A DNA stretch of 32,000 bases, from NCBI RefSeq assembly GCF_007748075.1, contig NZ_CP036280.1, forward strand, positions 390,001-422,000, read 5' to 3'. The translations under genes were made by a program, and so were the position numbers. Source of the DNA: Mucisphaera calidilacus. Its GTDB lineage: Bacteria > Planctomycetota > Phycisphaerae > Phycisphaerales > Phycisphaeraceae. Under the pieces are notes generated by a model that was not told the origin of the DNA, did not search any database, and saw only the letters and a program-made list of their open reading frames with translations. Below are positions 24,425 to 30,889 of this stretch, one piece after another; positions within the stretch are counted from its first letter, which is position 1; every line of letters begins with the position of its first letter.

Positions 24425-27349
24425 ATGAAACCAAGCGTGTGCAGACTGCCGGTCATTATCGTCACGGCCCTGTTCTGTGGTCACGCAGATGCTGCGATGA
24501 CACTCGAAGGCAGCGCGGCACGGTACGACCCCGGCGACCCGATCAACCTCCGGCTCGACACACCCGCCCAGGTGACCAACGCGACCGCTGAGGTTACCTA
24601 CCGATATCTTGGCGACGTTGTGGCCACGCAGCAGTTCGAAGTCAACGGATCCGAGGCCACATGGCAGTGGCTTGCACCGGACGATGATTTTCGCGGCTAC
24701 ACCGCGGAGGTTCGCCTCTACGAACAGCAGACGCTGATCGATAGCGGCTCCATCGCCATCGACGTCTCGTCCGACTGGGCGAAATTCCCTCGCTACGGCT
24801 TTCTCTCGGACTACAGCTTCCTATCAGCCAGCCAAATGGACGCTGTGATCGATGACCTCAATCGCCATCACATCAACGGCCTGCAGTTCTACGACTGGCA
24901 CAGCACGCATCACCGCCCGCTGGAGGGCAGCGTCCAGAATCCCGCCTTCAGCTGGCGCGATATCGCCAACCGACGCAACTACCGGACCACTGTCGAAGGC
25001 TACATCGAACGCGCCCGGGACCGAAACATGGTCACGATGGCCTACAACCTTCTCTACGGCGTCAACGAGGCCGCGGGTGCTGCTCAGGATGGCGTCTCCC
25101 CCGACTGGTTTCTTTACCGAGACAGTCAGCAGGGCAGCAAGGACATCCACACCCTCCCCGCGGGATGGAAGAGCGATGTCAGCCTCGTCGACCCTTACAA
25201 CGCCGGTTGGCGCGAGCACATCGCTCAGGAAACAGCCAGAGCCGCAGAGGCTTATGGCTTCGACGGTTGGCACGTCGATCAACTCGGAGATCGTGGTCAG
25301 GTCTACGCCGCCAACGGCCGACCCGTTGATCTCGAACCCGCCACGGGGGCTTTTGTTTCGGCCATGGCATCGCACCCGGATCTTGTCGGCCAGCGTTTCG
25401 TCGCCAACGCCGTTAACCAGTACGGCCAGGCCGCGCTCGCCATCGCACCGGTTGACTTCCTCTACACCGAGGTCTGGAACCCGAACGAGCACTACAACGA
25501 TCTTGCCGGCGTCCTCATGGACAACCACGAGCTCTCGGGCGGGCAACTCAACTCCGTGCTCGCGGCTTACATGAACTACGACCATGCCGATCAGCCGGGT
25601 GCCTTCAACACCCCCGCCGTGCTCATGACCGATGCCGTCATCTTCGCCTTCGGCGGGGCCCACATCGAACTGGGCGAGCACATGCTCGGCAAGGAGTACT
25701 TTCCCAACAACACCCTCGCCCAGGACGCCACCCTCCGCCAGGCAACCCGCGCTTACTACGACTTTCTGGTCGGCTATCAGAACCTGCTCCGCAACGGAGG
25801 AACGTTCCACACCCACAGGCTGACGTCGCCGACCCATCCGATGTCCGATTGGCCGGCACAGCAGGGGCGTGTCGCGGCCCTCAGCAAGACCGTCGGAGAA
25901 CACGAAGTCTTCCACCTGATCAACTTTCTGGACGCGGCGCACATGAACTGGCGCGACACCAACGCGACCCAGCCCCAGCCGCTGCGACGTGATGACATCG
26001 TGCTCGAGACACACACGCAACGCCGTCTCAACAAGGCCTGGTTCGCGACACCCGATGATTCCAACGGGCTGCCGAGCGACGTTGCCTTTCTTCAGTCGCC
26101 CAACGGTTTCGTGCGTTTCACCGTCCCGTCGCTTGAGATCTGGACGATGGTCGTCGCCGAGGGTGATGCGCCTCGTGGGCACGACCAGGCGAACGATCCC
26201 GCTTACGACCACGGCTGGACCGACGGGTCAGACGGCGGACACGGTTTCGGCCCGTGGTCCCTGCGGGCCACATCGACGGCCGGGGGGTTCGCCGGTTTCT
26301 TCCGCCCGGATGACGCCCAGGACTCACGCGGCCTCGACAACACGGGCTCGGATCATGCCTCGACCGGCGTGACACTCGCCAGCTTCGCCAACAAGGGATC
26401 GGGGATCGAGCAGGCCACGGCCCTACGCACCCTCGACGAAACACTCGACAGCGCAGGCGACACGTTTCGGGTCACCTTTGAGCACGGGACGATCACCGGA
26501 CAGGTAGGTTTCACGCTCCGCGAAGTGAGCACGGCAGAGGTGCCCTCCGACTACGCCATCGGATCACGCTTCCAGCTGCTGGCGCTGGCAGGCAGCGCGA
26601 ATTACCAGATCCTCGACGCGGACGGAATCTTTGACACCGGTGTGCCCCTGACGGACCTGGGCATCACCGCCCAGGTGCGGCTGATCGACCTTCACACCTA
26701 CGACCTCACTCTCTGGCGGTACGAAACACCCCGCGACTTCGACCCCGTGGCCCACACCTTCACGGGCCGCAGCCTCGCCCTGAGCGACCCGATCGTTGGC
26801 TTCGCACTGTTTCAGCACGATGCTGCCGGCGGACTGATCCAGGACGATGTCTTCTGGAATCACATCAGCTACACGCTTGGCGAAGCATCCCCCAACGACC
26901 TCAACGCCGACGGTGTCGTCGACCTCGATGATCTCGATTACCTCGTCGGCCATCAATTCGATTACAACGGTGATGGCTACGACGCGAGCGACGTCAGCGA
27001 TTTCGCCTCCGAGGTGCTCGGTCTACGCATCGGTGATGTCAACGCCGACGGCAACATCGACTTGCTCGATCTGTCCCTGCTCGCCAGTCATTTTGACCTG
27101 CCCGGGACCCTCTGGTCACAGGGCAACCTCAACGGTGACGCTGCTGGAACCGATCTGCTCGATCTGTCCCTGCTCGCCAGCAACTTCGGCTCCTCGGCAA
27201 TCCTGCCCGAACCGACATCCGTCCTGGCAATGGGACTCGTCATCTTGGCACGATCACGACGATCTCGCGCATCAGCATCAAATCCAGGCGAAAAACGCAT
27301 CATCCCAGACGGCCAACGACACGCTCGGTCTTCCTGTTTTCACAACTAA
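24425..27349 (+). CDS. GH66-like endo-dextranase/cycloisomaltooligosaccharide glucanotransferase-family enzyme fused to the unrecognised module, dockerin-like repeats and a PEP-CTERM anchor
   Basis: Signal MKPSVCRLPVIIVTALFCGHADA, then an Ig-like N-domain. GH66-type boxes from memory: DVSSDWAKFPRYGFLSDY (FPRYGF = 24785-24802), HINGLQFYDWH (24881-24898), GFDGWHVDQLG (candidate nucleophile D285, 25277-25279) and FLYTEVWNP (candidate acid/base E349, 25469-25471). Module at about 26178-26875. Dockerin-like repeats at 26889-27197. ILPEP (27200-27214) plus helix plus RSRRSR. Confidence 0.7.
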   Translation: MKPSVCRLPVIIVTALFCGHADAAMTLEGSAARYDPGDPINLRLDTPAQVTNATAEVTYRYLGDVVATQQFEVNGSEATWQWLAPDDDFRGYTAEVRLYEQQTLIDSGSIAIDVSSDWAKFPRYGFLSDYSFLSASQMDAVIDDLNRHHINGLQFYDWHSTHHRPLEGSVQNPAFSWRDIANRRNYRTTVEGYIERARDRNMVTMAYNLLYGVNEAAGAAQDGVSPDWFLYRDSQQGSKDIHTLPAGWKSDVSLVDPYNAGWREHIAQETARAAEAYGFDGWHVDQLGDRGQVYAANGRPVDLEPATGAFVSAMASHPDLVGQRFVANAVNQYGQAALAIAPVDFLYTEVWNPNEHYNDLAGVLMDNHELSGGQLNSVLAAYMNYDHADQPGAFNTPAVLMTDAVIFAFGGAHIELGEHMLGKEYFPNNTLAQDATLRQATRAYYDFLVGYQNLLRNGGTFHTHRLTSPTHPMSDWPAQQGRVAALSKTVGEHEVFHLINFLDAAHMNWRDTNATQPQPLRRDDIVLETHTQRRLNKAWFATPDDSNGLPSDVAFLQSPNGFVRFTVPSLEIWTMVVAEGDAPRGHDQANDPAYDHGWTDGSDGGHGFGPWSLRATSTAGGFAGFFRPDDAQDSRGLDNTGSDHASTGVTLASFANKGSGIEQATALRTLDETLDSAGDTFRVTFEHGTITGQVGFTLREVSTAEVPSDYAIGSRFQLLALAGSANYQILDADGIFDTGVPLTDLGITAQVRLIDLHTYDLTLWRYETPRDFDPVAHTFTGRSLALSDPIVGFALFQHDAAGGLIQDDVFWNHISYTLGEASPNDLNADGVVDLDDLDYLVGHQFDYNGDGYDASDVSDFASEVLGLRIGDVNADGNIDLLDLSLLASHFDLPGTLWSQGNLNGDAAGTDLLDLSLLASNFGSSAILPEPTSVLAMGLVILARSRRSRASASNPGEKRIIPDGQRHARSSCFHN

Positions 27350-27425
27350 TGATCCGATCAGCGGGAGATGACCGGTCCGGCCGCCGGATCGTCACCAGAT
27401 CATTGACGTCGCACCTAACTCTTGC

Positions 27426-27439
27426 TACTTTATAAAGTA
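27426..27439. promoter_or_regulatory. Perfect 14-bp palindrome TACTTTATAAAGTA in an AT-rich island upstream of the propeller-like gene
   Basis: Read directly from the sequence. TTGACG (27403-27408) lies exactly 17 nt upstream of the palindrome start. AGGAGGA (27470-27476) precedes ATG 27483. The region 27411-27470 is about 35% G+C by hand count. Confidence 0.35.
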
Positions 27440-27482
27440 AGTTCTAACGCTAATTTAACCCATCTTGACAGGAGGAAGAAGT

Positions 27483-28523
27483 ATGCGATCTCTAGCCCTT
27501 TGTTGCGCGGTGGCCGGTCTGTCGTCTGCGGCGCTCGCAGCCGATTACGTGGAAGTCGCCAGCCATGAGGATCTCTTTGGTGCGGGCTCAACCATGTTCA
27601 CACGCTCGGTCGTTACCGATGGCGCGTCCACGCTCTACGTCTTCGGCGCGGATAACAACCCGCTGGGCTTCGAGGTGATCAAGTACGACACCACGACCAG
27701 CACCGCGACCAAACTCGCCGACCTTACCAGCTTCGTCAGCGATATCCCGAGCTTCTCCCCGGACGACCCCTTCCCAGGCTATGGCTTCGGCTACGTCGCC
27801 GCGACGAACGAGCTGCAGCTGATCGACGGCGCTTCCAGCGCCATCTATCGCTTCGACGCCAGCACGGGTGACGCCTATGAGTATCTCTCGAACGCGGCCA
27901 TTGCCGCGCACACGGGACTCGCCAGCGCCGACCTCGTGAACTACTCCGGCACCACGGTCGACGGCGAAGCGGTCTTCTTTGAAGACGATTCCAAGAGCAT
28001 CCTCATCAGCTCATCGGCGGGCAGTGTCTCGACGCTGGTCTCGGCCACGGAACTCGTCGATGCCACCGGCGGCAACGACGTCCGTACCGGACTCACCTCC
28101 GACGGCCAGGGCAACTACTACTGGGGACAGAACAGCACCGACGTCATCTACAAGTATGACGGCAACACCGTCTCGCCCTTCATCGCCATCGGCGCTGTCG
28201 GCGGAGACAGCTTCTCAGGTGACATGTTCTACGCACCCGACGGTCTCATCTACGTCCGCATGCGTACCGGCGGCGCGAACGCCCTCTGGTCTTTTGACCC
28301 CGCGGCTGTCGATCCCACCGCGAGTCTGACCCAGATCCTCTCGGGCAGCCAGCTCGCGGACGGACCTCTCGGAAGCAACTTCATCAGCGAGATCAGCTGG
28401 TTTGAGGGGCAGCCCGGCTTCCACCGTATCTCCACCAGCCTCGGCTACTACGCCGTCCCCGCCCCGAGCACCTTCGCCCTGGCAGCGATTCTCGGGATGG
28501 CCGGCCTCACCCGCCGTCGCTGA
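27483..28523 (+). CDS. PEP-CTERM surface protein, beta-propeller-like repeats, unknown family (paralogue of 29359-30708)
   Basis: AGGAGGA lies 6 nt before the ATG. Signal MRSLALCCAVAGLSSAALA. Repeated strands: ELQLIDGASSAIYRFDASTGD, GEAVFFEDDSKSILISS, GNYYWGQNSTDVIYKYDGN and DGLIYVRMRTGGANALWSFDP. VPAP (28455-28466) plus helix plus RRR. Confidence 0.8.
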   Translation: MRSLALCCAVAGLSSAALAADYVEVASHEDLFGAGSTMFTRSVVTDGASTLYVFGADNNPLGFEVIKYDTTTSTATKLADLTSFVSDIPSFSPDDPFPGYGFGYVAATNELQLIDGASSAIYRFDASTGDAYEYLSNAAIAAHTGLASADLVNYSGTTVDGEAVFFEDDSKSILISSSAGSVSTLVSATELVDATGGNDVRTGLTSDGQGNYYWGQNSTDVIYKYDGNTVSPFIAIGAVGGDSFSGDMFYAPDGLIYVRMRTGGANALWSFDPAAVDPTASLTQILSGSQLADGPLGSNFISEISWFEGQPGFHRISTSLGYYAVPAPSTFALAAILGMAGLTRRR

Positions 28524-28554
28524 TCCCTCCGGACCATTAGCTTGACCGCCAATC

Positions 28555-28589
28555 AAAAACCGTCCCGCTTCGTGCGGGGCGGTTTTTTT
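28555..28589. terminator. Bidirectional rho-independent terminator shared by convergent genes
   Basis: AAAAA, then ACCGTCCCGC (28559-28568), loop TTCGT, GCGGGGCGGT (28574-28583), then a T-run (7 T in total, 28583-28589, the first being the last stem base). The 10-bp stem has one G-U pair. It lies between the stops at 28523 (+) and 28612 (-). Confidence 0.85.
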
Positions 28590-28611
28590 GCTGTTCGCAA
28601 AAGAGGTCTGC

Positions 28612-29325
28612 TCAGTTGTCTTCCATCACCCGGAAGCCCGTGGAGAGGTCAAGGTAGATCTCGTTGACGCCCATGCCCGAACGCCCGTCGCTCTGGTCGC
28701 TGCGACGGGTAGCGCCGCGGTGATAGAGCGTCTGCGGGCGGAAGAAATTGCGATTATCCGGCGTGCCGCTGTAGGGGCCGCCGGCGCCTGAGGTCGGGGA
28801 GAAGTAGACGTTGCTCGGCGCGGGCCTGAGATTCCAGTTGTCCGCGATCCAGAAACCGGAATTGTCGTCGTCAGCGAGGTAATTGCTCTGATCCTGCGTG
28901 AAAGGGTCGGAGGCATTGACGATGTAGGTGTTGCCGTGGTCGTTGTCGACGATGTCGTAGGTGTTCAGCAGGCAGATGTACACCGCGCTGTCGGCGGCGA
29001 TCAGGTCAAGATCATCGAAGAGCGCCTGCAGGCCGAAGGTCTCCGGCCCGTTGCTCGGTGTGACCGGGGTGCTCTCACGCCCGGGAGCGACGCGAAAGTT
29101 CGCTCCGCCCAGTGACTCTCTCGACGGCATGGTGTAATTCGGGCTGTCGTTCTGATACACGCCGCCGGCGATGCCGATCTGACGAAGGTTGTTCATGCAC
29201 TGAACGTGCTTGGCACTCCTGCGGGCGCTGCCCAGCGCGGGCAGCAGGATGGCGATCAGTAACGCGATGATGGAGATCACCACAAGCAATTCGATCAGCG
29301 TAAAACCTTGTCGTGGATGTTGCAC
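28612..29325 (-). CDS. Prepilin-type N-terminal cleavage/methylation domain protein (pseudopilin-like), second copy
   Basis: GTG start with GGAG 5 nt upstream. [54 protein letters not shown]-terminal [15 protein letters not shown] is an H-X10-DG variant. It begins 33 nt downstream of the preceding gene on the same strand. Confidence 0.85.
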   Translation of the reverse strand: MQHPRQGFTLIELLVVISIIALLIAILLPALGSARRSAKHVQCMNNLRQIGIAGGVYQNDSPNYTMPSRESLGGANFRVAPGRESTPVTPSNGPETFGLQALFDDLDLIAADSAVYICLLNTYDIVDNDHGNTYIVNASDPFTQDQSNYLADDDNSGFWIADNWNLRPAPSNVYFSPTSGAGGPYSGTPDNRNFFRPQTLYHRGATRRSDQSDGRSGMGVNEIYLDLSTGFRVMEDN

Positions 29326-29358
29326 CGAAACTCCGTGGTCTGGTCTGAGTGCGCGTAA

Positions 29359-30708
29359 TCAGCCTGAACGCCGGACCGTCAAGACGGCAAGACCGATCAT
29401 ACCCGTGATCAGTGTACCGGGTGCCGGCACCGAATCACCCGAGCTGAAGTTGGCGGCCAGGATCGACAGGTCCAGCAGGTCGACGAGGCCGTCGCCATTG
29501 AAGTCACCCTCCGACGTGGCGTAGGGCGTGTCACTCCCGTCGAAGTTCGAGGCCAGGATCGACAGGTCCAGCAGGTCAACCACGCCGTCCTCGTTCGCGT
29601 CACCCGGCAGGACATCGGGGACGTCGAGTGTAATCCCGTAGATACCATCGTTGGCCACGAAGCTCGTCCATGTCAGCTTCGCCCCGTACACGCTGAAGTC
29701 GTTGATGTTCTCGCTGCTCATGCCGCCCGCCAGCAACTGACTGGTGTCCAGCACGCGTTCGAGCGTCTCGATCGGGTCGTCGGGGTCGAAACGCAGCAGG
29801 GCGTCGTTGCCCCGCTCGTAGAGGTAAAGCAGGCCATCCGCACCCAGGATCAGGTCATTGAAAGCGGCGTAATCAGCCCCGAAAAACGGGTCCGAACGCG
29901 ACACCGGCACGATCTCCTCCTGCGGGAGGGCTTGGCTGAGCGTCCCGTCGCTGGCACGCTGGTAGATGCTGCCTCGCGCGTTGTTGCTCGACGTGAACGA
30001 GCTGCCGCTCAGCGTCCAGAAGAAGTTGTCGTTGTCATCGAATGCGAGCCCGCCACTCACGTAGCTGCTCAGCGAGGCGTCGCCCACGATGCCCTGCAAC
30101 TCCGCCTTGGTCAGGAAGACCGACAACGCGCCCTCGGTGGTGACCTTGATCACCTGGTCAGAACGATCCTCGTAGAGGTACATGTTGCCCGCGGCATCAA
30201 ACGTGGATTCGCCACGGACCTGCAACTCCGTCAGCCCCGTCAGGGCCAGGATGTCCGTCGCCGTGATGAGTGTCGAGAGGTCACCGGTCGTGGTGTCGGC
30301 ACGGTAGATAGCGTCGGTCGACTGGTCGAGAAACTGCAGGCTGCTGCCTAGAACCCGCGAGCGGCTCCCGGGCAGGATCGAGCTGTTCCCGGTGTAGGCC
30401 AGCCAGTCTGCCGCAGAGACAAGCGTCGTCTTGACCGGGCTGTCGTCGAGGCTCTCGAGCTTCGTAATCTGCATGTCGAACGTCGGCGTGATACCGCTCT
30501 CGACGTCACGCAGGATGAAGTAGCCGCTGTCGCCGGCGAAGGTGTGTGTCGACGCGTAATTGAAGTTCGAGGCCGTGCGGATACTGCCGATACTCCAAAG
30601 CGTGTCGTAGTTGGCCTCGGCCGACTGCGACGGCAGCAGGCACGCCAACGCGAGCAGCAGTGATCCGAGTGTCAGGCGGTTGCGGTGTGTGTGGGTGAGC
30701 ATCATCAT
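29359..30708 (-). CDS. PEP-CTERM surface protein, propeller-like repeats plus dockerin-like pair (paralogue of 27483-28523)
   Basis: GGGAGG (30709-30714) is followed by three consecutive ATGs (30708, 30705, 30702), so the exact start is uncertain. Signal MMMLTHTHRNRLTLGSLLLALACLLPSQSAEA. SLQFLDQSTDAIYRADTTTGD, GNMYLYEDRSDQVIKVTTEG and DGLLYLYERGNDALLRFDPDDP align with the + strand paralogue. GDANEDGVVDLLDLSILASNF...GDFNGDGLVDLLDLSILAANF (29434-29604). SVPAP plus helix plus RRSG (29362-29433). Confidence 0.8.
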   Translation of the reverse strand: MMMLTHTHRNRLTLGSLLLALACLLPSQSAEANYDTLWSIGSIRTASNFNYASTHTFAGDSGYFILRDVESGITPTFDMQITKLESLDDSPVKTTLVSAADWLAYTGNSSILPGSRSRVLGSSLQFLDQSTDAIYRADTTTGDLSTLITATDILALTGLTELQVRGESTFDAAGNMYLYEDRSDQVIKVTTEGALSVFLTKAELQGIVGDASLSSYVSGGLAFDDNDNFFWTLSGSSFTSSNNARGSIYQRASDGTLSQALPQEEIVPVSRSDPFFGADYAAFNDLILGADGLLYLYERGNDALLRFDPDDPIETLERVLDTSQLLAGGMSSENINDFSVYGAKLTWTSFVANDGIYGITLDVPDVLPGDANEDGVVDLLDLSILASNFDGSDTPYATSEGDFNGDGLVDLLDLSILAANFSSGDSVPAPGTLITGMIGLAVLTVRRSG

Positions 30709-30889
30709 CCTCCCAGCAAAATAAAAGTAATTCCAAGCCTCTCTGACCGGCTCGAAACAGGCCATGCCTCCGTACCTGACAAGCTATCAGTATGCGGTGT
30801 ACGCGGCCGTCATGTCGACAGAATTATGACATGATAATTGCATCTTAATAGCACAATATTAAACAATGATCGATGTTCCGTCAATGTCA

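Noticed and set aside
27350-27400. GC-rich palindromic stretch (GATCCG...GACCGGTC...CGGATC) after the GH66 stop, considered as a terminator.
   Set aside because: Several alternative pairings are possible and no T-run follows. I cannot distinguish it from chance GC-rich self-complementarity without folding energies.
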